From contig JAGVOT010000123.1 in assembly GCA_020052615.1 (NCBI GenBank), forward strand, positions 88,047 to 152,046: a stretch of DNA of 64,000 nt. Direction: 5' to 3'. This DNA comes from Nitrospirota bacterium. Its GTDB lineage: Bacteria; Nitrospirota; UBA9217. Positions 25,354 through 35,334 of this stretch are shown one piece after another. The stretch's first letter is position 1. Every line of letters starts with the position of its first letter. The translations under genes and the position numbers were made by a program. The notes below the pieces were generated by a model. That model did not search any database. It worked only from the letters and a program-made list of their open reading frames with translations, and was not told where the DNA came from.

Positions 25354-26420
25354 GACGACCACGAGCGGAAATTACGCGCGTTGCCGCACTTCGGCGGCTT
25401 ATGGAGGAGCGAAACATAGGGACCCTCCTCGTGACGCAGCGTGAGAACGTACGGTATCTTACGGGGTTTACCGGTTCATCGGGAAGCGTCGTGGTCGGTT
25501 CCGGCAGGCCGATACTGGTCACGGATTTCCGTTATCAGATCCAGGCGGCCGCAGAGGCCCCGGAGGCGAGAATCCTCATCCAGAAGAAAGACCACTATTC
25601 TGCGGTCAAGAAAGCAGCAGAGCGGCTTGGTGCTGCTACCCTGTGGTTCGATGACGCCTCGTTGACCGTCGACCGTGCAAAGGAGCTCAGAAAACAGGGC
25701 CTCCGTTTGAAGGGCGTTAAAGACCCGGTGGCCGAGATACGGCTGCGGAAGGACACTATTGAACTGGCAAAGATCAGGACCGCTATTTTCCGGGCGGAGA
25801 ACTCCTTCCGGGCCTTGAAGCGGCATGTCAGGCCGGGTGCGACGGAGCGCGAGCTCGGATTCAAACTGGAAATGCTGATACGCGAGCAGGGATCACGACG
25901 AACGGCATTCGACAGCATCGTTGCATCGGGAACGAATGGCGCCATGCCCCATGCATCGATCACCGACCGCCGTCTCCGGGAAGGAGATCTGGTCACCATC
26001 GATTTTGGCGCGGAAGCGGATGGCTACTACTGCGATATCACCAGGACGGTATGCGTCGGCCGGCCGACCGCCCGTCAGCGCGTGCTTCACGATCTTGTTC
26101 TCCGCGCCCAGGAACGGGCCATCAACGCGGTCAGGCCGGGCGTGCGTTGTGCGGAGATCGACCGGCATGCCCGCACCACTATCGCGCAGGCAGGCCATGG
26201 GAAGCACTTTGGCCATGCCACGGGCCATGGGGTAGGACTTATGGTCCATGAAGGTCCTTCTGTCTCGTCGCTTTCAAAGGGCATTGTCGATGAAGGGATG
26301 GTCTTCACTGTGGAGCCCGGTGTCTATATCGCCGGGTGGGGCGGTATCCGCATCGAGGACATGGTGCTGGTGACGGCTGATGGGCACCAGGTCTTGACGA
26401 ACCTTCCGAGAAAGCTATAG
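25350..26420 (+). CDS. M24-family Xaa-Pro aminopeptidase / creatinase-like metallopeptidase
   Basis: N-terminal creatinase-like domain and the pita-bread fold. Metal ligands include [11 protein letters not shown]. Confidence 0.85.
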   Translation: MRRPRAEITRVAALRRLMEERNIGTLLVTQRENVRYLTGFTGSSGSVVVGSGRPILVTDFRYQIQAAAEAPEARILIQKKDHYSAVKKAAERLGAATLWFDDASLTVDRAKELRKQGLRLKGVKDPVAEIRLRKDTIELAKIRTAIFRAENSFRALKRHVRPGATERELGFKLEMLIREQGSRRTAFDSIVASGTNGAMPHASITDRRLREGDLVTIDFGAEADGYYCDITRTVCVGRPTARQRVLHDLVLRAQERAINAVRPGVRCAEIDRHARTTIAQAGHGKHFGHATGHGVGLMVHEGPSVSSLSKGIVDEGMVFTVEPGVYIAGWGGIRIEDMVLVTADGHQVLTNLPRKL

Positions 26421-26461
26421 ATCATTTACTGACACTACATGAGAAGAGGAAGAGGAGGATT

Positions 26462-27034
26462 TTGGAATTGCCAGTATCTACGACAGAGTTCAGAAACGGA
26501 TTGAAGATCGAGATAGACGGTGAACCCTATGTCATTGTTGAATTTCAACATGTGAAACCGGGCAAGGGCGGCGCGTTCGTACGGACCAAGATGAAGAGCC
26601 TCAAGAGCGGGAATGTGATCGACCGGACGTTTCGGTCGGGCGAGAAGGTGGATGTCCCCGAACTCGAGGAGAAGACCATGCAGTACCTGTATGCAGCCGA
26701 CAAGGACCGCGTGCTCATGGACACGAGCACCTACGAGCAGATCTCTATGAGCGAGAAGCAGCTCGGCGACAGCGTGAATTATCTCAAAGAGAACATGGAG
26801 ATCAAGGTCCTCTATTTCAAGGGGCAGCCCATTAACATCGATATCCCCATGTTCGTCGAGCTGAGGATCGCACGGACCGATCCCGGCGTACGGGGGGACA
26901 CGGCTTCCGGCGGCTCCAAGCCGGCAACGCTGGAGACTGGCGCGGTGGTGAAAGTGCCTTTTTATCTGAACGAAGGCGACGTTATCAAGGTAGACACTCG
27001 CACGGGGATCTTCATAGAGCGCGTAAAACAGTAG
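26462..27034 (+). CDS. efp: Elongation factor P
   Basis: TTG start. KPGKGGAF loop with the conserved modified Lys. Three OB/KOW domains. Confidence 0.9.
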   Translation: MELPVSTTEFRNGLKIEIDGEPYVIVEFQHVKPGKGGAFVRTKMKSLKSGNVIDRTFRSGEKVDVPELEEKTMQYLYAADKDRVLMDTSTYEQISMSEKQLGDSVNYLKENMEIKVLYFKGQPINIDIPMFVELRIARTDPGVRGDTASGGSKPATLETGAVVKVPFYLNEGDVIKVDTRTGIFIERVKQ

Positions 27035-27122
27035 TTCATTATTTTGCACACCGCGTGTACAGACAATGCGGCGAGCAGGTATCTTCCTCGTTACTGCCAA
27101 GGGTACCTATAAAGGAGCAAGC

Positions 27123-27593
27123 ATGAACCTTAAAGAGTTGAAGGAACTCATTGAAATGCTCAAGAACACCGATATCTCCGAGGTGGAGATAGAGCGTTCA
27201 GGCGTGAAGGTCCGTCTCCGGAAGGGCGGTGACGTGACATTCCATCCGGCGATGCCGCGCATGGAGTATCCTCCCGCGGCTATCGTCGCTCCTACGGTCT
27301 CTGAAGTGGAAAGGCCGGCTGCAGAGCAGCCCGCTGCAGCCGCTGTGCGGGATCAGATCAAGGTCACGTCACCAATCGTCGGCACCTTCTATCGGGCCAG
27401 TTCGCCTGACAAACCGTCACTGGTGGAAGTGGGCGACACGGTAAAGGAAGGACAGGTCCTCTGTATCATCGAAGCAATGAAGCTCATGAACGAGATCGAG
27501 TCAGAGGCATCGGGGAAGATCGTGCAGGTCCTTGTGGAGAACGGCCAACCCGTGGAATACGGACAGCCCCTTTTTGTCATCGAACCGGCGTGA
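27123..27593 (+). CDS. accB: Acetyl-CoA carboxylase biotin carboxyl carrier protein
   Basis: C-terminal biotinyl domain with the EAMKLMNEI biotin-Lys motif. The ORF can extend to 27066, but 27123 fits AccB N-termini. Confidence 0.88.
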   Translation: MNLKELKELIEMLKNTDISEVEIERSGVKVRLRKGGDVTFHPAMPRMEYPPAAIVAPTVSEVERPAAEQPAAAAVRDQIKVTSPIVGTFYRASSPDKPSLVEVGDTVKEGQVLCIIEAMKLMNEIESEASGKIVQVLVENGQPVEYGQPLFVIEPA

Positions 27594-27759
27594 GGCAATA
27601 CTGCGATACGATAGGGATCCAGTCGAGAACACTTTCCTTGCAGTCTGCTGCAGAATGAACAAACGATCAGAATAAGGCATTATTACCCTGCGATCGAAGA
27701 TCTCCTGCCCCGCCTAGGCGGGGCTGCAGGGAGATTCAATGCGTGCATGAGGTATATTT

Positions 27760-29106
27760 GTGTTCAAGAAAATACTGATAGCCAATCGTGGTGAAATAGC
27801 CCTCCGCATAATCCGGGCATGCAAGGAAATGGGCATAAAGACCGTTGCCGTTCATTCGACCGCCGACGCCCACGCGCTTCATGTCCGTTTCGCTGATCAG
27901 AGCGTCTGCATCGGCCCGCCCAAGAGCGCTGACAGCTACCTGAACGTCCCCAGTATCATCAGTGCGGCAGAGATCACTGACTCCGAGGCGATCCACCCCG
28001 GCTACGGATTTCTTGCCGAGAACGCGAGTTTTGCCGAGGTCTGCAATTCCGCCGGGATCAAGTTCATCGGCCCGAGCCCCGAAAGCATCAAGCTCATGGG
28101 TGACAAGGCCAAGGCGCGCGAGACCGCAGAAAAGGCCGGTGTCCCGATCCTGCCCGGCAGTGCCGGCGTCATCACGGAAGAATCCGACGCGGTGGCGCTG
28201 GCGAGGGAACTCGGGTTCCCCGTCATCATCAAGGCCGTTGCCGGCGGAGGTGGAAAGGGTATGCGGGTGGTCATGGAAGAAGCGGAATTCGCTTCTGCTT
28301 TCGTCATGGCGCAGTCGGAAGCGCTTGCCTCCTTCGGGAATGCCGATGTGTACGTGGAGAAGTATATTACCCAGCCGCGTCACATCGAGGTTCAGATCAT
28401 TGCCGATGAGAAGGGGAACATCATTTCTCTCGGTGAACGGGAATGTTCCATACAGCGCAGGCACCAGAAGCTCATCGAGGAGGCGCCTTCCGTCATCGTC
28501 GATGGGCCGCTCAGGAAGAAGATGGGAGACATGGCCATCGCCCTTGCGAAGGCCGTGAAGTACCGTAATGCCGGGACCATTGAATTTCTCATGGATGTGG
28601 ACCGCAGTTTCTACTTTATGGAAATGAACACCAGGGTCCAGGTAGAGCACCCCGTAACCGAGCTGGTAACAGGCGTGGACATCGTCAAGGAACAGATCCG
28701 GGTCGCAGCAGGACAATCGCTCTCCTTTACGCAGGATCAAATAATCGTGCGCGGCCACAGTATAGAATGCCGGGTCAACGCGGAGTGTCCTGAAAAGTTC
28801 ACTCCCTCTCCCGGCACCATTACCGCCTTTAACCCGCCAGGCGGACCGGGGGTCCGTGTCGATACGGCGGCCTACACCCAATATGTCATCCCGCCGTACT
28901 ACGACTCCATGATCGCCAAGCTCATTGTCCATGCGGATACTCGTGAAGAAGCGATCCTGCGCATGAACCGGGCGCTTGACGAATTCATCATCGAAGGCGT
29001 CAAGACGACGATCCCGCTGCACAAGAAGATCCTCGCCGATGCAGACTTCCAGCAGGGAAACATTTCCACCAAGTTCATGGAGCGCTACTATAGTCCGACG
29101 AAGTGA
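27760..29106 (+). CDS. accC: Acetyl-CoA carboxylase biotin carboxylase subunit
   Basis: 448 aa. ATP-grasp fold and biotin carboxylase C-domain. N-terminus [17 protein letters not shown]. Confidence 0.95.
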   Translation: MFKKILIANRGEIALRIIRACKEMGIKTVAVHSTADAHALHVRFADQSVCIGPPKSADSYLNVPSIISAAEITDSEAIHPGYGFLAENASFAEVCNSAGIKFIGPSPESIKLMGDKAKARETAEKAGVPILPGSAGVITEESDAVALARELGFPVIIKAVAGGGGKGMRVVMEEAEFASAFVMAQSEALASFGNADVYVEKYITQPRHIEVQIIADEKGNIISLGERECSIQRRHQKLIEEAPSVIVDGPLRKKMGDMAIALAKAVKYRNAGTIEFLMDVDRSFYFMEMNTRVQVEHPVTELVTGVDIVKEQIRVAAGQSLSFTQDQIIVRGHSIECRVNAECPEKFTPSPGTITAFNPPGGPGVRVDTAAYTQYVIPPYYDSMIAKLIVHADTREEAILRMNRALDEFIIEGVKTTIPLHKKILADADFQQGNISTKFMERYYSPTK

Positions 29107-29755
29107 TATCAGAGGGCTGTGCCTCATTCTGGATGCAGATCTACTTACCTTGCCCGCCGACAGAGCGCTTGCAATGGCCCTTGCTGCCGGCGTTCGCCTA
29201 TTCCAGTATCGAAATAAGAGCGGTTCACGGAAAGAGATCTTTTCGATTTCGCTCGAACTTGCGGGAATGGTAAAACGGGCGGGCGGCGTATTTATCGTGA
29301 ACGACCATGCTGACATTGCAAAAGCAGTTGACGCCGACGGCGTCCATTTGGGGCAGGATGACCTTCCCCTCGCATACGGTCGAACGATCCTGGGTGGGGA
29401 CAAGCTCATCGGCATCTCCACGCACAGCGTGGAGCAGGCCAAGGAAGCGGAGGCGGCCGGTGCCGATTACATCGGATTTGGACCGATCTTCCCTACGACG
29501 TCCAAGGATGCCGGACCTTGTCAGGGTCCGGAAAGACTCCGTTCGCTGCGGAATGCGGTGACGCTTCCCGTTCTCGCGATCGGCGGCATCAGGCCTGATA
29601 CTATTGCAGAAACGATGCAGGCCGGCGCTGATGGCGTCGCGGTCATCAGCGCCGTTCTCTCCGCCCCTGACCCGGATGCAGTTGCACGTGATATGATCGA
29701 TCGGATCGAACGACTGGGATCCGCAAAGATAAGGATGAAAGGGGAAAAACGATGA
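29039..29755 (+). CDS. thiE: Thiamine-phosphate synthase
   Basis: ThiE motifs are present (LCLILD..., [23 protein letters not shown]). No ATG/GTG/TTG start lies between the accC stop and the conserved N-terminal motif. The in-frame Mets (28976 and 29039) overlap accC by 130 or 68 nt, so the start is uncertain. Confidence 0.7.
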   Translation: MQTSSRETFPPSSWSATIVRRSDIRGLCLILDADLLTLPADRALAMALAAGVRLFQYRNKSGSRKEIFSISLELAGMVKRAGGVFIVNDHADIAKAVDADGVHLGQDDLPLAYGRTILGGDKLIGISTHSVEQAKEAEAAGADYIGFGPIFPTTSKDAGPCQGPERLRSLRNAVTLPVLAIGGIRPDTIAETMQAGADGVAVISAVLSAPDPDAVARDMIDRIERLGSAKIRMKGEKR

Positions 29756-30861
29756 AGCGATTCGGTGTGTATCTTTCCATACTGTGCGCTGTTGCGGTCC
29801 TTCTGACCGCCTGTCAATCGCAGCAGCAGAACATCATCAGGATCGGTGCTGCCGGGCCCATGACAGGCGACCAAAGCAAGATGGGGATCGACCTCAGGAA
29901 TTCCGTAGAACTTGCCGTGGCCGAGTGGAACCAACGTGGCGGCGTTCTCGGCAAAAAGATCGAAATGCTTTCGGGCGACGATCAGGCCGATCCCAAACAG
30001 GCGGTTTCCGTGGCAAACAAGTTCATCAACCAGAAGGCCGCGGCGGTCGTTGGACACTGGAACTCGAGCTGTTCCATCCCGACCTCGAAATATTACGACG
30101 ATGCAAATATGGTCATGATCAGCCCGGCTACGACAAATCCGCAATTTACGCTCCAGGGCTTCAAAAAAGTCTTTCGTGTATGCGGCACCGACGATCAACA
30201 GGGCCGTATCGCAGCAGCGTTCGTGCTGAAGACCCTGCGCCCCAAGAGGATCGCCGTGATCCATGACAAAACGGCTTATGGGCAGGGTCTCGCGGATTTC
30301 TTTCAGAAGGCGCTGGGGAACGGCGCTGAAGTGGTCTATTATGGGGGTATTGTACAGCGTGATCCAGACTACAAAGCGGTGCTGACCGCCATCAAGGAAA
30401 AGAGACCCGATGTCTATTTCTTCGGGGGAATCTATCCGGAAGCGGGAAGGCTCGTGCGCCAGGCCAAGGAGGTCGGTCTTTCCATTCCCATGATCACGGG
30501 TGATGGCGTCTACGACCCGACGTTCGTCAATATTGCCGGAAAGGCCGCTGAAGGGACCTATGTGACCTTTGGCAAGGACGCCGCGGGCCTGACGACCGCA
30601 CGTTCGTTCAATGAGAAATACAAAAAAGTATATGGAGAGCCCGGCCCTTACTCGATCTATGCCTACGATGCGGCCAATATCATCCTGACCGCGATCAAAG
30701 AGACCGGCACTACCGATGGGGCCAAGGTAGCGGACTATATAGCGAAGAACACCTTTCCAGGCGCGTTCGGCGACATCTCGTTCGATAAGAACGGCGACGT
30801 GACCAAGGCGCCGTACGTTGTATGGCAGGTCAAGGACGGTAAGTTCATAGAGGTCAAATGA
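29752..30861 (+). CDS. Branched-chain amino-acid ABC transporter substrate-binding lipoprotein (LivK/LivJ family)
   Basis: Lipoprotein signal ending LLTAC. Peripla_BP_6 fold (IGAAGPMTGDQS, GHWNSSC). Confidence 0.85.
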   Translation: MKRFGVYLSILCAVAVLLTACQSQQQNIIRIGAAGPMTGDQSKMGIDLRNSVELAVAEWNQRGGVLGKKIEMLSGDDQADPKQAVSVANKFINQKAAAVVGHWNSSCSIPTSKYYDDANMVMISPATTNPQFTLQGFKKVFRVCGTDDQQGRIAAAFVLKTLRPKRIAVIHDKTAYGQGLADFFQKALGNGAEVVYYGGIVQRDPDYKAVLTAIKEKRPDVYFFGGIYPEAGRLVRQAKEVGLSIPMITGDGVYDPTFVNIAGKAAEGTYVTFGKDAAGLTTARSFNEKYKKVYGEPGPYSIYAYDAANIILTAIKETGTTDGAKVADYIAKNTFPGAFGDISFDKNGDVTKAPYVVWQVKDGKFIEVK

Positions 30862-30877
30862 CAGCGAACGCATCACT

Positions 30878-31780
30878 ATGTTTGTCCAACAGCTCATAAA
30901 CGGACTTGCCCTCGGTGCGGTGTATGCATTGATCGCGCTGGGATATACCATGGTCTATGGTATACTCCATCTCATCAACTTCGCCCATGGCGAGGTGTAC
31001 ATGCTGGGCGCATATCTCGGCATCATCGTCATGGGCATCCTTACGATCGCCGGGCTTCCGGTCTACAGCTTGTCCCTTGCCATCTTCTTCAGCATCCTTA
31101 TCTCGATGGCGTTCTGCGCTTTATACGGTGCAGCCATCGAACGGTTCGCCTATCGTCCGCTCCGCACCGCGGCCAAGCTGGCGCCGCTCATCAGCGCTGT
31201 GGGTGTTTCCATCATTCTGCAAAATGTCGTGATGCTCACGCAGGGAACGGAATATAAGAACCTCCCGCCGCTTCTGCCCTCGGAAGGGTTTGCCGTTCTC
31301 GGGGCAAACGTGTCACCCGTCCAGGCTTTCATTCTGAGTGCCTCCATCGTGCTCATGCTTATCCTGCATTTCTTCGTGGCAAGGACGAGGCTCGGGAAGG
31401 CCATGCGCGCTACATCGCAGGACCGCATCATGGCAGGGCTCCTGGGGATCAATATCAATCAGGTCATTTCCATCACCTTTTTGATCGGCTCTTCCCTTGC
31501 AGCAGCTGCCGGCGTCATGGTGACGCTCTATTACGGCGTGGTGCACTTCTTCATGGGTTATTTGGCGGGGATCAAGGCCTTTACCGCCGCGGTTCTCGGC
31601 GGGATCGGCAGCATTCCCGGCGCTATGCTCGGCGGCTTTATGCTGGGGATGATCGAGAACTTCGGAGCAAGCTACATTTCCAGCGTCTATAAGGACGCAT
31701 TCGCGTTCCTGGTTCTTATTATCACGCTTATCCTGAGGCCTTCCGGTCTTCTTGGCGAGAAGGCATTGGATAAGGTGTAG
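30878..31780 (+). CDS. livH: Branched-chain amino-acid ABC transporter permease (LivH-type)
   Basis: 300 aa with eight TM segments and the BPD_transp_2 pattern (INFAHGEVYMLGAY). The expected livM/livG/livF partners are absent downstream. Confidence 0.85.
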   Translation: MFVQQLINGLALGAVYALIALGYTMVYGILHLINFAHGEVYMLGAYLGIIVMGILTIAGLPVYSLSLAIFFSILISMAFCALYGAAIERFAYRPLRTAAKLAPLISAVGVSIILQNVVMLTQGTEYKNLPPLLPSEGFAVLGANVSPVQAFILSASIVLMLILHFFVARTRLGKAMRATSQDRIMAGLLGININQVISITFLIGSSLAAAAGVMVTLYYGVVHFFMGYLAGIKAFTAAVLGGIGSIPGAMLGGFMLGMIENFGASYISSVYKDAFAFLVLIITLILRPSGLLGEKALDKV

Positions 31781-31887
31781 CGATCCGCGATCAACGAATG
31801 GTCGCAGCTCCTTCAGCTCTCCCTGAACCATAAACCGAAACCATTAAAAAGACCGTTCGGAGGCGTCGATGACCGATATCAAAAAAA

Positions 31888-33040
31888 ATGTACAAGATCA
31901 GCATGACTGACAATTTTCCGCCGGAAATGACCATCACCTTTGGAAGCCAGAGGCTGAAATACGGGAAACGGACGTGGAAGCTGGCCGATGCGGCCACGGG
32001 CGATCTGATCGAAAAGGGCTCCGGTACGGTGAGAACCCGGACCAGCAGTCCGCCATGTATCAGTTGGTCATGGTGATACTGCTGACCATGCCGTTGCCCG
32101 GTCCGATGAATCGCACTCCCGCAAGTTCAAGGTTCCCGTTCGATCGGCCGATTCACCGCAAGACATCCGCCAAAGGCCGCGATGCGATCTGCCCTGTTCG
32201 CACGGGTCGGTGAGGTTCGTTTTCCCAGGGTGCTTCCCTGCCTGCACCTCTCCTGAAATACCTGATGGACCGCCCTGCTGCTTTCATCATGAAGCACAAT
32301 AACCCCTGCGGCGTTGCTTTCGGGAACACGCTGGGCGCGGTTGGTATTCTGGCAGAACGAAAGAACCTTCGCATCATCATGCTCGAGAAGATAGCGGAAC
32401 TTGCGCAATATCGTGACACGCTCCATGTGGAATTCAAGGCGCTTATCGACGGAGGGATCATCGTTCAGCAGTCCCAGAAGAATGCGATCAGGACGAAAGA
32501 GGACTTTCAGGAAGCGCGTACGTTCCATAAGGGGGGGAGGAAGTACAAGCTCGACCGCTAACCGACAGCCCGGGAATACGACGACATGCTCTTCGGATGG
32601 AATGTGGAGCAGGGGATCACGTCCAACTCGGTCATCTATGTCAAGGATGGGGTTACGGTCGGCATTGGTACCGGCGAGCAGGACAGGGTGGGCGTCGCGG
32701 AGATCGCGGTCTTCAAGGCGTACACGAAGCATGCAGACGAGCTCTGTTTCTGAAAGTTCGGGCTGCCTACAAAAAATATGAGCTGGAAGCAAACCAGGGG
32801 AACCGTGACAGGAGCGGGCTGCAAGAGATCGATGACCGGACAAGGGCGGCCTGACAGGGGCCGTTATGGTGTCCGATGACTTCCCGTTCCTCGATGGCGT
32901 GGATGTGGGGATCAGGGAGGGGTCACTGCGATTGTTCAGCCAGGGGGGTCCGACCGAGACTATGAGACCATTCAGGCCTGCAACGTGGCGAACCCTAAAG
33001 TTGCCATGGTCTTTACGGGGCAACGGGTGTTCAAACACTG
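31888..33040 (+). pseudogene. purH: Degraded purH (AICAR transformylase domain only, 5'-truncated)
   Basis: PurH-specific motifs in collinear order across three frames: FPPEMTITF...KYG, YGENPDQQSAMY, MKHNNPCGVA, MLFGWNV...[30 protein letters not shown]...[11 protein letters not shown]. In-frame stops at 32211 (TGA), 32559 (TAA) and 32748 (TGA). At least two frameshifts, one at a G-run near 32916. The IMP cyclohydrolase domain (~200 aa) is missing, and homology begins ~110 nt after the livH stop. Confidence 0.7.
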
Positions 33041-33094
33041 ATCAAGGAAACATCTGCGTTCTTGCCCGAACGTATCAAACGGGCAGTATATCGG

Positions 33095-33697
33095 TCATTT
33101 CGCAGATAGTTTTTTTACCGCGTCCTTCGTGTGGGATGCCATGTCCTCGAAGGCATAGAGGATGCATAGATAATTCGACGACGCTTTGGGAGAGCATTCG
33201 CCGGCCACCAGCCGGTCCTCATGGGCCGTTGCGTAATCGTTCGACATCCTGATCATGGCGTCACTTTCGATCCTCACGGTCTCCAGGCTTTCTGAGGATC
33301 CGGTCACCACTGATTGCCCCGCTTTCTTGAGCAGTTCCTTCCCGTTTGCGAGCAGCCTCCCGGTCTCCTGAATGGCCTTGTCGCTGAAGAGAAGACCTTC
33401 CTTGATCTTGACCCTGATATTGCTGACGATGCGCTCGATGCTGACAGCGACCTTTTCGATATGCACGGGAACGGACAGAATGGCGCGGGCCTCCCCCCCG
33501 GAAGCGGCCATCTTGGCCAGTTTTTCCGTCAGAGCGTCCTCCTGTCCCTTGATCTCCTTCGCGAGGGACTCGGCCTGGTCCAGAGAAGCCACCTTGTTCT
33601 TCATGAATGCGTCCTCGGTGAGTTCAAGCATCTGTTCCGCCTTATGGATCAGCAGATATATCTCTTTTCTGATTTCCTTCATGGACTGATCAGGCAT
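33095..33697 (-). CDS. PhoU-like / DUF47-family putative phosphate-transport regulator
   Basis: 200 aa, all-helical, with two PhoU-like repeats. Divergent from the MgtE-N/NRAMP operon. Confidence 0.5.
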   Translation of the reverse strand: MPDQSMKEIRKEIYLLIHKAEQMLELTEDAFMKNKVASLDQAESLAKEIKGQEDALTEKLAKMAASGGEARAILSVPVHIEKVAVSIERIVSNIRVKIKEGLLFSDKAIQETGRLLANGKELLKKAGQSVVTGSSESLETVRIESDAMIRMSNDYATAHEDRLVAGECSPKASSNYLCILYAFEDMASHTKDAVKKLSAK

Positions 33698-33907
33698 GGT
33701 CTATGGCTCCTTTTCCCGGACAGGGGCATGTGCAGACGTAGGAGAAAATATAGCAGAAACAAGGTCATCTATCACGTAAAATATATTTATGACGATATTT
33801 TAAGGATTTATAGAAGTTTCTTTGCGGCACTGGCAACGCAGTGGCCCAACCCTTGATCGAAAATCTCCTTCTTTATAATAGTCTATCACAAACGGTCGGG
33901 TTTTTCC

Positions 33908-33935
33908 TTGACTTGAACCCGACCGCTGGTATAAT
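33908..33935 (+). promoter_or_regulatory. Sigma-70-type promoter for the mgtE-N/NRAMP operon
   Basis: TTGACT (33908-33913), a 16-nt spacer, then TATAAT (33930-33935), ~45 nt upstream of the ATG at 33980. Confidence 0.55.
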
Positions 33936-33979
33936 CAGCGCGAAACGGACAACCTCGTCAAGCCGACCCGGAGCTCTGC

Positions 33980-35245
33980 ATGCCCCTTTTCGCCGGAGAT
34001 ATCTTTATAAGCGATGTTTACAAGCATCCGGTCCTCGATCAGACGGGTGAAGAGGTCGGGAAGCTCAAGGACATAACGGTCGGACTGGCTGATCCCTTTC
34101 CTGCGGTCACGACGCTGGTCGTGGTATCAGGCAACCAGACCTTCCTTATCTCCTGGGACCAGGTCAATCTTTTCAATAAACGCGTGATCTCGGCGAACGT
34201 GCTGCGGAAGGACCTTCACCCTGCGGAACCCGCACCTTCGGACATTCTTATCAGCAGGGACCTTCTGGACAAGCAGATCGTCGACATAAACGGCGCCAAA
34301 CTTGTTCGCGTCAACGATCTCCGGCTGGGCGATGTGAACGGGAAAATGTGCCTTGTTGCCGTCGACATCGGACTGCGCGGTTTTCTTCGCAGGCTCGGAC
34401 TCGAGGCGAGGGGTGAGCGCTTCCTGTCGATTTTTCGTTATCGTCTGCCGAACACGCTGATCGGATGGCATTATCTCCAGCCGGTCGAGCCGAAGCTCTC
34501 CCGTCTTACCCTGACCATATCCCGCCAAAAGGCCTCAAAACTGCATCCGGCTGACCTCGCGGAGATCATCAGCGAGGTCTCGCAGAAGGAACGAAACGTG
34601 ATCTTCGGCACCCTCGATGTGGAGACCGCGGCCGAAGCCCTCCATGAGCTGGAACCGAGCGTGCAGGCGGACATCATCGACGACATGTCCAAGGAAAAGG
34701 CTTCCGATATCCTTGAACAGATGCCTCCCGACGAGGCGGCGGATGTCCTCGGAGATCTGCCGGAGGACAAGGCGAAGGAGCTCATGGGCCTCATGGAAAA
34801 AGAGGAGGCTGATGAGGTCCAGGAGCTTCTCGAACATGAAGAGGACACGGCGGGCGGTCTCATGACAACCGAGTTCCTGGCGTTCCCGCCGGATATGAGC
34901 GTTGAGGATGCCATTCGTGAACTCCGGCTTGAGGCTCCCGACGTGGAGACCGTTTACTATCTCTATATCCTCGATGAGCAGGAACGGCTGCTGGGCGTGG
35001 TGACGCTCAAGGACCTTATCCTTGCCAGGCCGGAGGCCATGATCAAGGACATCATGCGGTCGCCGGTCAAGACGCTGCCGGTCGAGGCAGAGCAGAATGA
35101 TGTGGCCGAGTTCATTTCGAAGTACAATCTGCTGGCCGCACCCGTCGTCGATGAGAACATGGTAATGCGGGGTATCGTGACCGTTGACGATGTGGTGGAT
35201 TTCCTCCTGCCTCCTGCGTCAAGAAAGCGCAGGAGAAAATTATAG
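33980..35245 (+). CDS. Soluble MgtE-like Mg2+-sensing protein (PRC-barrel-like N-domain + MgtE_N + CBS pair); no membrane domain
   Basis: 421 aa. Acidic MgtE_N helical domain (EADEVQELLEHEEDTAGGLMTTEF) and two CBS motifs (LLGVVTLKDLI, MRGIVTVDDVVDF). No TM helices. Ends with RKRRRKL. Confidence 0.75.
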   Translation: MPLFAGDIFISDVYKHPVLDQTGEEVGKLKDITVGLADPFPAVTTLVVVSGNQTFLISWDQVNLFNKRVISANVLRKDLHPAEPAPSDILISRDLLDKQIVDINGAKLVRVNDLRLGDVNGKMCLVAVDIGLRGFLRRLGLEARGERFLSIFRYRLPNTLIGWHYLQPVEPKLSRLTLTISRQKASKLHPADLAEIISEVSQKERNVIFGTLDVETAAEALHELEPSVQADIIDDMSKEKASDILEQMPPDEAADVLGDLPEDKAKELMGLMEKEEADEVQELLEHEEDTAGGLMTTEFLAFPPDMSVEDAIRELRLEAPDVETVYYLYILDEQERLLGVVTLKDLILARPEAMIKDIMRSPVKTLPVEAEQNDVAEFISKYNLLAAPVVDENMVMRGIVTVDDVVDFLLPPASRKRRRKL

Positions 35246-35334
35246 TCCCTTCGCTCTTCGTGTCGCCCCCCCTGTCCGCGATCCATTGATCCTCCCGTCC
35301 GTGCATGGACCGTACGGGAGCTAGAGGCTGATCT

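Noticed and set aside
32205-32215. The in-frame TGA in the purH remnant could be a selenocysteine or read-through codon.
   Set aside because: No SECIS-like hairpin follows it. The same gene has two further stops and at least two frameshifts, so pseudogenisation is the simpler explanation.
33936-33980. Possible Mg2+ (M-box) riboswitch in front of the MgtE-like gene.
   Set aside because: Only ~45 nt separate the -10 box from the ATG, far too short for the ~160 nt M-box aptamer.
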